From: Candidatus Altimarinota bacterium | Lineage (GTDB): Bacteria > Patescibacteriota > Gracilibacteria > JBDHUY01 | Length of the DNA: 64,000 nt | Assembly (NCBI GenBank): GCA_039809385.1 | Contig: JBDHUY010000005.1 | Location: 1-64,000 of the forward strand | Reading direction: 5' to 3' | Shown: piece after piece, positions 11,062-19,704 of the stretch | How positions within the stretch are numbered: position 1 is the stretch's first letter | How the letters are laid out: every line of letters begins with the position of its first letter | Made by a program: the position numbers and the translations under genes | Notes under the pieces: model-generated | The model's database searches: none | Told to the model about the DNA's origin: nothing | What the model saw: the letters and a program-made list of their open reading frames with translations, nothing else

Positions 11062-11211
11062 AAAAAGAGGAATGTATGATGTTTTGTACGAAGAAGAGGA
11101 ATTAGAGACAACTGTTTCTAGTTGTCAATTGAATAATAGGAGGATATACAAAAAAAGCAACTACGGGAACAAGCAGATTGCATGATACAAGTTTAAAAGC
11201 TCAAGAAGAAT

Positions 11212-12318
11212 CTAGTCGAGCTTCAGCGGCATAACCAGATACAGATATTCCTGTTTACCTTCAGGCCTAAGTACCGCCGGAGTCAGTTTCGTATCAATAT
11301 CAAAAAGCACAGTGCTCTCGCTCAAATTTCCCAGAAAATCGATCAAAAATTGGGCGTTCAACGCAATAGCCGCATCTTCTCCCTGCACCCTGGCTGTAAC
11401 TTCAGTTTTACCTTCCCCCATTTCGGTCGCACTCGATGAAATCAATAATTTCCCTTCTTTGAGGACTTCCAAACGAATATTGTAGCTATTCTCGCGGGCA
11501 AACAGACTTACACGCTTGATTGCCAGCAAAAACTCATTCATATCCAGGATAGCACTCGAGGTCTTTTGTTTAGGAATAATGGCGGTATAATCGGGAAATT
11601 TCCCTTCTACCAGCCGGGAAGTCAACTGTACGTTTTTTTGGGAAAAAAGCACCTGGTTTTTGGAAATAATAACCTCGATGGGATCGCCGCTCTTCTCGAA
11701 AATACGCGCCACTTCCGACATCGTCGAAGACGGGATGATAATCTCTTCGATCGCCGATTCGCTCTTTGATACTTTGACCTTACGCTCCGCCAGACGGTAA
11801 CTGTCGGTCGCAACCAGAGTCAAATTCTCGCCGCTCAACTTAAAATAGACCCCTGCCAGTACCGGACGAGAGGTACCGCTACTGGCGGCAAAAACAACCT
11901 GACCAACCGCCTGAATCAATTCCTGGCCTTCTATCTGAAACGATCCTTCCCGTTCGACTTTGGGAATAGCCGGAAAATCCTCGGACTTAATGCCTTTCAT
12001 TTTCGTTTCCGAACTTTTTGATTTGAGGTGAAAATCGGTCCCGTTATTAACCGAAAGTTCTACCTGATCGTCTTTGAGGAGAGAGACGTAGCTATCCAGC
12101 AGTTTTGCGGGAACAGTCAGGGACCCCTCGTTTTTGACCTGCGCTTCAATACTGCATTCGATGGCTATTTCCAGATTCGTGCTCAAGAAAAACAGTTTTT
12201 TCCCCTCGGTTTTTATAAGAATATTGTCAAGAACCGGCAAGGTTGAATTGGGTTTTACCGCTTTAGAAACAATATTCAGCGCTTTTTGCAAATCTTTCTG
12301 GGCACAGGTGACTTTCAT
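11212..12318 (-). CDS. dnaN: DNA polymerase III beta sliding clamp
   Basis: LPVLDNILI, STNLEI, RPVLAGV, VATDSYRLA, SRLVEGKFPDY, YLVMPLK. Confidence 0.97.
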   Translation of the reverse strand: MKVTCAQKDLQKALNIVSKAVKPNSTLPVLDNILIKTEGKKLFFLSTNLEIAIECSIEAQVKNEGSLTVPAKLLDSYVSLLKDDQVELSVNNGTDFHLKSKSSETKMKGIKSEDFPAIPKVEREGSFQIEGQELIQAVGQVVFAASSGTSRPVLAGVYFKLSGENLTLVATDSYRLAERKVKVSKSESAIEEIIIPSSTMSEVARIFEKSGDPIEVIISKNQVLFSQKNVQLTSRLVEGKFPDYTAIIPKQKTSSAILDMNEFLLAIKRVSLFARENSYNIRLEVLKEGKLLISSSATEMGEGKTEVTARVQGEDAAIALNAQFLIDFLGNLSESTVLFDIDTKLTPAVLRPEGKQEYLYLVMPLKLD

Positions 12319-12349
12319 AAGGAGAGAGCAAATAAGACAATAGTTTTGA

Positions 12350-12927
12350 TGCGGATAACCGTATTTTTACACATTTTCAGCTCGAATCCAATCTTAATAC
12401 ATTCCAGATATCTTGTACAAGAATTTTTTTAAATTTATTTAAACAGTAGTTATTAGAGAATAGTTTACAAAACGTAAAATAGTTATATAAAATAACTATT
12501 TAGAAATTTTCTCTCTGTTTTCAAACATAGAACGATAGTTGAAAAAAAATAGTATTCAAAAAATAAGTATCTTGCCGTTAAAAAAATCCGATATATGTTA
12601 AAAAATGTTTTCGACGGATAAGCCATATTTTTTTTATGTGCATAACTTTGAATATTCAAAATAGACGTTTTCTTTGAGAAAAAGCCACGAATAAAAAAAT
12701 GTATCATAATAATTGTGCACAAAATGTGTATAACCTGTGCATAAATATTTACCCGGTTCACAACACAAACCAGAATGTCTTTGGGCAAACAAAGAGTAAA
12801 AGTATCCCCTTCCTTAGCCCTGGTTCTTATGTTTGTACACCCGAACCTTTTTCTATGTTCAATGTATCTCTTTCTCTGTTGAAAACCTTGTAACCTCAGA
12901 TTTTATACCCGCAGTCAGTTGTCCACA
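12350..12927. other. Probable replication origin (oriC): DnaA-box cluster with AT-rich tract
   Basis: TTWTNCACA-type boxes: TGCGGATAA 12350, TTTTACACA 12365, TGTGCATAA 12637, TGTGCACAA 12714, TGTGTATAA 12725, TGTGCATAA 12736, TTGTCCACA 12919. Very AT-rich 12420-12720; directly upstream of dnaN. Confidence 0.7.
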
Positions 12928-13235
12928 TCCAACGCACTCCTCCGGGTTGTCAAACTTAGAAAGATGGACTACCATTGAGTCAGTATTTTGGATCAGGAGA
13001 TTCCTATTTTATCTGAACCCCCCAGCCCCCTTATTAGGGGGTACAAGACATAAGGAAAATATCAATTCGCCTATGCTCAGTGCACAGTCCAGGCTTTACC
13101 AAAGAGGACTAAATTCAATAGAACTCTTGGGTAATGTGTCCCCATTCATAATTAATACTTCATCATTTATAATTTAGATAACAATTTCTGTCCTGCTGCC
13201 AAATACCTAATATTAGATACTTTATACCCCCTTTT

Positions 13236-15368
13236 ATGGACATGCGTTATCAACCTCCCGAAGACCAAGGCAGCGCTCTGGAAAAATATACAGTGAATCT
13301 GACCGAACGGGCCAAAAAAGCCAAACTCGATCCGGTTATCGGACGTGACGGTGAGGTACGGCGGGTTATTCAGATTTTGTCGCGCCGTACCAAAAATAAC
13401 CCCGTACTTTTAGGGGATCCCGGTGTCGGGAAGACGGCTATTATCGAAGGATTAGCTCAAAGAATCGTCAGCGGGGACGTTCCCGATACCTTGAAAAATA
13501 AACAGCTCCTGTCGCTCGACCTGGCCGGCTTGCTGGCCGGAGCTTCCTACCGGGGCGAGTTTGAGCAGCGTTTGAAAAAATTGCTGGAGGAGATGGAAAA
13601 GAGCGAGGGCACATTTATCTTGTTTATGGACGAACTGCATACCATTGTCGGCGCCGGTGCCGCCGAGGGAGCGGTAGACGCGTCGAATATTCTCAAACCC
13701 GCTTTGGCCCGGGGGGTCTTGCACGCTATCGGAGCTACCACGTTACGCGAATATAGACTGTATGTAGAGAAGGATCCCGCCCTCGAACGCCGCTTTCAGC
13801 CGGTTTTTGTCGATGAACCGACGATAGAAGACAGTATTGCGATTCTGCGCGGTATTAAAGAGAAATATGAAACGCACCACGGGATTCGTATTACGGACGA
13901 TGCGCTCATTGCCGCAGTAAATCTGTCCGTGCGCTATATAACCGAACGCTTTCTCCCGGACAAAGCGATAGACCTGGTCGACGAAGCGTTGGCTTCGGCC
14001 AAGATTGAATTGGATTCGCTCCCCGCCGATCTGGATGAAATGAAGCGCCGCCTGATGCAGCTCGATATCGAGCTCCAGGCGCTGAAAAAAGAGAAAGGCA
14101 TCGAAGCGCGCAAAAAAGCCCTTCAGGACGAACGCGACAGGCTCAAAAAACGTTTTGACGCTTTGCAAAAACAGTGGCAGGAGCAAAAAAATATCGTTGC
14201 CAAACTTCAGCAGGGACGGGCTCAACTGGATAAGCTCAAGGCCGAGCTGGACGTAGCTGAACGCGAAGTTCTTTTGGAAAAAGCCGCCGAACTCAAATAC
14301 GGAAAAATTCCAGAACTCGAACAACAACTTAAAAAAAGCGAGGAAGAGTGGAAAAAAATTCCCGAAGCGGAACGGATTTTACGCGAAGAGGTCGGCGAAG
14401 AAGATGTAGCTAAAATCGTATCGCGCTGGACGAATATTCCGGTGAGTAAGCTCTTGTCGACCGAGGCTGACAAACTGGCGCATTTGGAAGACGAGCTCAA
14501 AAAACAGGTAGTGGGCCAGAACGAAGCTCTGGAAAAAGTGGCCCGCGCCATTCGTCGCTCCCGGGCCGGGCTGAGTGATGAGAAACGCCCCATCGGCTCG
14601 TTCCTTTTTTTGGGACCAACCGGTGTAGGCAAGACCGAAACCGCCAAAGCGCTGGCCAATTTTCTATTTAACGATTCCCGCTCGATGATCCGGATCGATA
14701 TGAGCGAGTATCAGGAAGCACATACCATAGCTCGTTTAGTCGGCGCTCCTCCCGGCTATGTGGGCTATGACGAGGGTGGTCAGCTGACCGAAGCGGTACG
14801 GCGGAAACCGTACTCGGTAGTATTATTTGACGAAGTGGAAAAAGCTCATCCCCAGGTATTTAATGTATTTTTACAAATTCTGGACGACGGACGGCTGACC
14901 GACGGCAGGGGCCGGACGGTAAACTTTACCAATACCATTATTATTCTGACCTCGAATCTGGGTAGCGAGTTTTTTGCCTCGAAATTATCACGCATGGAAC
15001 TGGAAGTAAAAATCAAGGAGCGACTGGGGGCGTTTTTCCGGCCCGAATTTTTGAATCGTCTGGATGCGATGGTTATTTTCAATCCGTTGGGCGAATCAAC
15101 GTTGGCGCAGATTGTTGATCTTCAGCTAGCCGATCTTTCGAAGCGGTTTATGAAGCAGGAAATAACGGCAGATTTTTCCGATGTTCTGCGCGAGTATCTG
15201 GTCAAGATCGGTTTCGATCCGGTCTATGGGGCACGGCCGCTGCGCCGGATGATGAACGAGTTGATTGTGGACGAAGTGGCGCTGCAACTGATCGAAAAGA
15301 AAATCCTGCCCGGCGATACGATTCTCGTAGGCTACCGGGATGATCGGGTACTGATCGAGAAAAAATAA
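13236..15368 (+). CDS. clpB: ClpB-family AAA+ chaperone lacking the N-terminal Clp repeat domain
   Basis: [16 protein letters not shown], coiled-coil M domain, [22 protein letters not shown]; no ClpP-binding IGF loop seen. Confidence 0.92.
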   Translation: MDMRYQPPEDQGSALEKYTVNLTERAKKAKLDPVIGRDGEVRRVIQILSRRTKNNPVLLGDPGVGKTAIIEGLAQRIVSGDVPDTLKNKQLLSLDLAGLLAGASYRGEFEQRLKKLLEEMEKSEGTFILFMDELHTIVGAGAAEGAVDASNILKPALARGVLHAIGATTLREYRLYVEKDPALERRFQPVFVDEPTIEDSIAILRGIKEKYETHHGIRITDDALIAAVNLSVRYITERFLPDKAIDLVDEALASAKIELDSLPADLDEMKRRLMQLDIELQALKKEKGIEARKKALQDERDRLKKRFDALQKQWQEQKNIVAKLQQGRAQLDKLKAELDVAEREVLLEKAAELKYGKIPELEQQLKKSEEEWKKIPEAERILREEVGEEDVAKIVSRWTNIPVSKLLSTEADKLAHLEDELKKQVVGQNEALEKVARAIRRSRAGLSDEKRPIGSFLFLGPTGVGKTETAKALANFLFNDSRSMIRIDMSEYQEAHTIARLVGAPPGYVGYDEGGQLTEAVRRKPYSVVLFDEVEKAHPQVFNVFLQILDDGRLTDGRGRTVNFTNTIIILTSNLGSEFFASKLSRMELEVKIKERLGAFFRPEFLNRLDAMVIFNPLGESTLAQIVDLQLADLSKRFMKQEITADFSDVLREYLVKIGFDPVYGARPLRRMMNELIVDEVALQLIEKKILPGDTILVGYRDDRVLIEKK

Positions 15369-15380
15369 GTTGTATCGGTC

Positions 15381-15408
15381 TTGACTTTTCTCCTGTTCTG
15401 ATTACAAT
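15381..15408 (+). promoter_or_regulatory. sigma70-type promoter ahead of a structured leader and small membrane gene
   Basis: TTGACT (15381-15386), 16 bp, TACAAT (15403-15408). Confidence 0.55.
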
Positions 15409-15561
15409 ACTGCTTCCCGAGCCTGACAGCTGTTGTCTAGCTTTTTTGGGTTATGGCAGTAGCGCGGTTGATCGGGGAAATTCATTGCTTCGGTACTCCC
15501 AAAGTTGGGATGTGTTGAGGCATGATCGTTGAAAATAACGGTTATCTGGAGCTTGCAAACC

Positions 15562-15831
15562 ATGATTAAGAAAATATTTCTTGTAATTCTATCGTTGTTT
15601 TTTTTCGGAGCTTCTATTTATGGGTTTCAACACCCAGCAGTAAAAGTTTCTCATTCTCAATTTCATGTTTTCTATACACTGGATGAGAATCCAGTACAAC
15701 CCTATTCCATCAATATTGGAATGTTTTTGTTCGCAATCCTAATTTTCTCCGCCGCTGTTGTTCCAGGTGAAGAAAATAAAAGGATAGGAGAAGTCATTTA
15801 CAATATAAAAAAGAAAAGAAAGGAGATCTGA
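15562..15831 (+). CDS. Small membrane protein (two hydrophobic segments, basic tail)
   Basis: MIKKIFLVILSLFFFGASIYG...IGMFLFAILIFSAAVV...KKKRKEI; ATG at 15562 preferred over the upstream TTG. Confidence 0.6.
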   Translation: MIKKIFLVILSLFFFGASIYGFQHPAVKVSHSQFHVFYTLDENPVQPYSINIGMFLFAILIFSAAVVPGEENKRIGEVIYNIKKKRKEI

Positions 15832-15862
15832 TAGCTCTTTTGATAACTGTATTTCAATTCTC

Positions 15863-15902
15863 AAAAGTCCCCAGCCGGAATATTTCGGAAGGGGACTTTT
15901 TC
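15863..15902. terminator. Bidirectional intrinsic terminator between convergent genes
   Basis: AAAAGTCCCC...GGGGACTTTT inverted repeat with an inner CCGGAA/TTTCGG stem. Confidence 0.75.
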
Positions 15903-15955
15903 ACATACTTGACTAAAAGGCTGTTGAAAGAATTCCGATACGCTGAACAGGACGA

Positions 15956-17698
15956 TTAGACAGGTAGTTTCGTCTCTTCTTTGACCGCATTGATATATTC
16001 CGGAAGCGCGAAGCTTTTCTGCTCCTTCTGTCCATAATAGCGCACCGTAACACTTTCGCCTTCGACCTCTTTTTCGCCCACGACCACGATCTGCGGGATT
16101 TTCATCATTTCGGCATTGCGGATCTTTTTACCCAGCGTGTCATTGTCCAAATCGACTTCGACCCGCACATCGTTACTTCTCAACAAATCTTCTATTTTTT
16201 TAGCATAGTCATTGAACTTATCCGAAACCGGCAAAATGCGTACCTGCACCGGAGCCAGCCAGAAAGGGAAAACACCTCCCACGTGTTCAATATACACGGA
16301 CAGAAAACGTTCAATAGACCCCATGATTGCGGCGTGAACCATGACAATCCTCTCTGATTCGCCTTTTTCATTGATACACGAAAGATTAAATCGTTCAGGC
16401 ATATTCCAGTCCAGCTGGATCGTTGCTACCTGATGTTCTCGTCCAATCGAATCTTTGCCCATGAAATCGAGCTTTGGCCCATAAAAAGCTGATTCTCCAA
16501 TCCCGTTAAAGGCATCGGCTTGCTTTTCAGCGGCAATTTCTCTCAACATATTTTCGGCAAATTCCCACTGTGTTGCCTCTCCCAGGTATTTTTCCGGATG
16601 GGCTGGATCGTGCAGAGATAAACGTACTCGCAGTTTAAAGCCAAAAGCTCCGTAAAATTCATGAATGATATCCCAGATTTTAAGGAACTCTTCTTTCATC
16701 TGTGACATGCGACAAAATACATGGGCATCATCCTGGGTAATCGTCCGTACTCTCGATAAACCAGCCAGTTCACCGCTCTGTTCGTCACGGTAGACCATGG
16801 TAGTATTTTCATAGCGTTGGGGCATTTCACGGTAACTCCATAATTTTCGTGAAAAAATCTGAGTATGGTGCGGGCAGTTCATGGGTTTCATGGCAAATTC
16901 GTGCTGTTCTCTGGTTATAATTTTAAACAGATCATCCTGATATTTTTCCCAATGACCGCTTTTCTCATATAAATCCCGCTTTGTAATATGCGGAATTTCC
17001 ACGCGCAGATATCCGCGTTTTTTGCGTAGCCGCCATACGAATTCGCTTAACAGATTTCGCAGCACTGTTCCTTTAGGTGTCCATAACGGAAGCCCCGAGC
17101 CTACCAGATCTGAAAACACAAACAGATCCAGTTCAGTTCCCAACTTCTTGTGGTCTCTTTTTTTGGCTTCCTCCATCATGTTGACATATTCCTTCAACTC
17201 TGTTTCATTTTCAAAAGCCCAACCATAAATTCTTTGCAGCATCTTGTTTTTTTCGCTGCCTTTCCAATAGGCTCCCGCAATCGAAACCAGCTTGAACGAT
17301 TTTTGATCAATTTCACCGGTCGAGTCGACATGCCCGCCCCGGCATAGATCGTGAAAATGACCATTGCTATAAAACGAAACGATGTCGCTGCCCTGTTCTT
17401 TAAAATCATGGGCCAGTTCGATCTTATAGGGCTGATCGATGGTTTTGAGATATTCGATCGCTTGTTCCACCGGCTCTTCCTTGCGAACGAATTTTTGATC
17501 TTCCTCGACAATCTTGCGCATTTTTTCTTCGAGCAACGGCAGATCCTCGGGAATTAATGTACGTGGCAAATCAAAGTCGTAATAAAATCCGTTCTCGATC
17601 GCCGGTCCGATCCCGAGCTTGGCTTCAGGAAACATTTGTAGTACCGCCTGAGCCAGAATATGAGCCAGTGAATGGCGTTTGTGTTCAAGAGAGTTCAT
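15956..17698 (-). CDS. thrS: Threonine--tRNA ligase
   Basis: HSLAHILAQA, GPAIENGFYYDF, DLCRGGH, RDHKKLG, KPMNCPHH, AFYGPKLD, GSIERF. Confidence 0.98.
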   Translation of the reverse strand: MNSLEHKRHSLAHILAQAVLQMFPEAKLGIGPAIENGFYYDFDLPRTLIPEDLPLLEEKMRKIVEEDQKFVRKEEPVEQAIEYLKTIDQPYKIELAHDFKEQGSDIVSFYSNGHFHDLCRGGHVDSTGEIDQKSFKLVSIAGAYWKGSEKNKMLQRIYGWAFENETELKEYVNMMEEAKKRDHKKLGTELDLFVFSDLVGSGLPLWTPKGTVLRNLLSEFVWRLRKKRGYLRVEIPHITKRDLYEKSGHWEKYQDDLFKIITREQHEFAMKPMNCPHHTQIFSRKLWSYREMPQRYENTTMVYRDEQSGELAGLSRVRTITQDDAHVFCRMSQMKEEFLKIWDIIHEFYGAFGFKLRVRLSLHDPAHPEKYLGEATQWEFAENMLREIAAEKQADAFNGIGESAFYGPKLDFMGKDSIGREHQVATIQLDWNMPERFNLSCINEKGESERIVMVHAAIMGSIERFLSVYIEHVGGVFPFWLAPVQVRILPVSDKFNDYAKKIEDLLRSNDVRVEVDLDNDTLGKKIRNAEMMKIPQIVVVGEKEVEGESVTVRYYGQKEQKSFALPEYINAVKEETKLPV

Positions 17699-17719
17699 AA
17701 AGTCGATAAAGTTATAAAG

Positions 17720-17862
17720 GAAATATCAAATGCCAAAAACCAAAGATCAAAAATCAACATAGGCAACTTTTTGGTATTTGTTGGGTATTGAGGTTTCTTT
17801 TGTCATTTGTCCGCGGCGGCGGATTGGTATTCTTTTGATAGTTGTCATTTGAACTTTTGATT
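17720..17862. repeat. Heptamer-like repeat element (A-rich arm, T-rich arm) with a CCGCGGCGGCGG core
   Basis: AAATATCAAATGCCAAAAACCAAAGATCAAAAATC ... TTTGGTATTTG ... ATTTGTCCGCGGCGGCGGATTGGTATT ... ATTTGAACTTTTGATTT. Confidence 0.7.
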
Positions 17863-17956
17863 TATGTGCAAGGTACAATTCTTAATACCACACAACCAAC
17901 TTGTTTTTAGCAGTATCACGTAAAGCGGTCACTTTTATAGAAGCGTTTCAAATTTT

Positions 17957-18577
17957 TCATAGACGTTGTTGTAATGAGGAATAAACGGATGCCAGTACCT
18001 CAGAAAGCGGTCTGTCGCTATTATTTTCGATCTGAAAAAAATCGTTAAACTCATCCGTAGAGGGCTTTTCCAGTTCTTGCTCGAAACGTTCCAACAGATG
18101 CTCGTCCCCGCCAAACTGAATCCGGAACGGATCGCTGAAATCCTGTTTGCGATTTTTAAGTCGTTCCACGATACGTTCGCTATCGGCATCAACAAAGACC
18201 AGGAACATCTCGGCAATATGCGAAAAGATTTCTTTCAGTTCCGTACGGTATATCTTTTTAGTCATCGTTCCATCCATGATAACGCTTTCGCCATTTTCTA
18301 AGAGTTCGCGAACAACTGCATACATCGTAGTATATGTTTCTTTATTCTCGATACTGCAAAAATCCGGGTTGGGGCAAAACGAAAGTCGGATATTGTCGGC
18401 GGCAGCATAATAAAACGGAAAATCATGCGCAATCGTTCGCGCCACGGTCGATTTTCCGGCGCCTGGCAGACCCATCACCACCATTAAAATCGGTCGTTTA
18501 AAACGACTCGTCTCGTTGGTTTGAACCGGCAGGATGACGCTTCGGGCTTTGGCCAGATTTTCAGAGTTGGGAATCAT
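17957..18577 (-). CDS. P-loop kinase (AAA_33 / polynucleotide-kinase-like)
   Basis: Walker A GLPGAGKST, AADNIR, VIMDGT, RxxxR lid (ERLKNR), FEQELEKP. Confidence 0.85.
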   Translation of the reverse strand: MIPNSENLAKARSVILPVQTNETSRFKRPILMVVMGLPGAGKSTVARTIAHDFPFYYAAADNIRLSFCPNPDFCSIENKETYTTMYAVVRELLENGESVIMDGTMTKKIYRTELKEIFSHIAEMFLVFVDADSERIVERLKNRKQDFSDPFRIQFGGDEHLLERFEQELEKPSTDEFNDFFQIENNSDRPLSEVLASVYSSLQQRL

Positions 18578-19172
18578 ATTGTAACGGGCTAAGGATATTG
18601 GCAGTTTCGAGAACTTGGAAGTGGTCCGGAAGGTAATTTTTCATATACGTCAGCACTTTTCCCAGCACCGGTTCACGCTTGATTTCATATTGCTCTGCGA
18701 ACTTGATGATTTTTTCGGCGCCTTCTTCGGCGCTGGTTTCTGCTTTATTCACGAGAAGTTCCACTTCCATACTGGAGTAGGTAAAACCGTTGGCATAGGT
18801 AGCCGTGTCAAATTCGATCGTAAAGGGAGCGATTTCGTAACTTTCCCGTTCAGTCGTCAGTTCGATAAACGGCACGATTTCCTTTTCTTTCAAGAAATCT
18901 TCAAGCGTTTTATCGTGCAATTCAAAGGCCGAAAGAATATCAGACATATCGTCTAATTCATCGTACACGTCGATATCTTTTTCAAAGCGGTGGATTTTTA
19001 GTTCGAATCTCCCTTCCCGGGTTCTCAGCCACCAGTCTTTGGTCGTAAGTGAGTAACGGGAATCGTCGAAATAGATATCTTGAAACGTTTTTTTACGCAA
19101 AAAAACGGCCTTTTTTAGTAATCTTTCTTTCTGTTCCCGAGTGATAATAAATTCTTTTTCTATCTCAAGCAT
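18561..19172 (-). CDS. CYTH-domain (triphosphate tunnel metalloenzyme) protein
   Basis: MLEIEKEF, DIYFD, LTTKDWWLRTR, FELK, RESY, EVELLV, GKV; overlaps the kinase start by 17 bp. Confidence 0.85.
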   Translation of the reverse strand: MLEIEKEFIITREQKERLLKKAVFLRKKTFQDIYFDDSRYSLTTKDWWLRTREGRFELKIHRFEKDIDVYDELDDMSDILSAFELHDKTLEDFLKEKEIVPFIELTTERESYEIAPFTIEFDTATYANGFTYSSMEVELLVNKAETSAEEGAEKIIKFAEQYEIKREPVLGKVLTYMKNYLPDHFQVLETANILSPLQYDSQL

Positions 19173-19180
19173 AACGAGTA

Positions 19181-19372
19181 AAAAGTTCAAATATCAATCC
19201 GCCGCGGCGGACAAATTTCAAATCAAATTCAGATGCCAAAGCTCAAAGTTCAAAACTCAGATGTCAAAAATTTAGTACAGATAAACTTACAATTCCCTGT
19301 GCTCTCTGCCACAGGAGGCTTCATTTTTGATATTTGGCATTTTGGACAACGTTACTTGGAATTTCGTACTTC
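19181..19372. repeat. Second heptamer-like repeat element with a CCGCCGCGGCGG palindromic core
   Basis: AAAAGTTCAAATATCAATCCGCCGCGGCGGACAAATTTCAAATCAAATTCAGATGCCAAAGCTCAAAGTTCAAAACTCAGATGTCAAAA ... TTTTGATATTTGGCATTTTGG. Confidence 0.7.
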
Positions 19373-19384
19373 CGTCGTACATAC

Positions 19385-19613
19385 AAAACAAGCCCAATCC
19401 TCTTGGGCCCCATCTCGAATCTCGAACTATTGACTCGAACGTATGCTGGGGGGTTCCACCCAAGTTTCCCGACGCGGACGGTCGGGACACTCTTTCAAAA
19501 TTGTAGCTTAGCGAGTCAAAGTGGTATCCCGAAGGATTTTTCAAGGGGGCTTTCAGCCTCGGGCCTCCTCTCTCTTTTGAAAAACGGATCTTCCAGGGAC
19601 GTGTCTTTGACCA
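19385..19613 (-). ncRNA. T-box riboswitch leader, Thr-specific (specifier ACC)
   Basis: Minus strand: stem I closed by GUCAAAG/CUUUGAC, AG box AGAGAGAG, GNUG box GCUGAAAG, unpaired ACC-A (19525-19522), stem III UCCCGAC/GUCGGGA, T-box AAACUUGGGUGGAACC, antiterminator UUGGG-UGGAACC-CCCC...GGGG-CCCAA, terminator GCCCAA-GAGGA-UUGGGC-UUGUUUU. Confidence 0.85.
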
Positions 19614-19618
19614 GAGAC

Positions 19619-19647
19619 AGTATACAGCAGATCTGTTTCGACTTCAA
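19619..19647 (-). promoter_or_regulatory. sigma70-type promoter of the T-box leader
   Basis: Minus strand TTGAAG (19647-19642), 17 bp, TATACT (19624-19619), ending about 6 nt before stem I. Confidence 0.65.
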
Positions 19648-19704
19648 CCTTTTTGTGCTAGTATTGCTCGCGTCCGAGCTTGTTTTTACTTATCGTAGAG
19701 TGCT

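Noticed and set aside
13018-13041. CCCCCCAGCCCCCTTATTAGGGGG hairpin as a distinct mobile repeat
   Set aside because: Only one clear copy plus a loose relative near 9874; too little to call a family here.
12483-13177. Short ORFs 12483-12788, 12699-12893, 12833-13177
   Set aside because: Low-complexity translations of AT-rich origin-like DNA with no family features.
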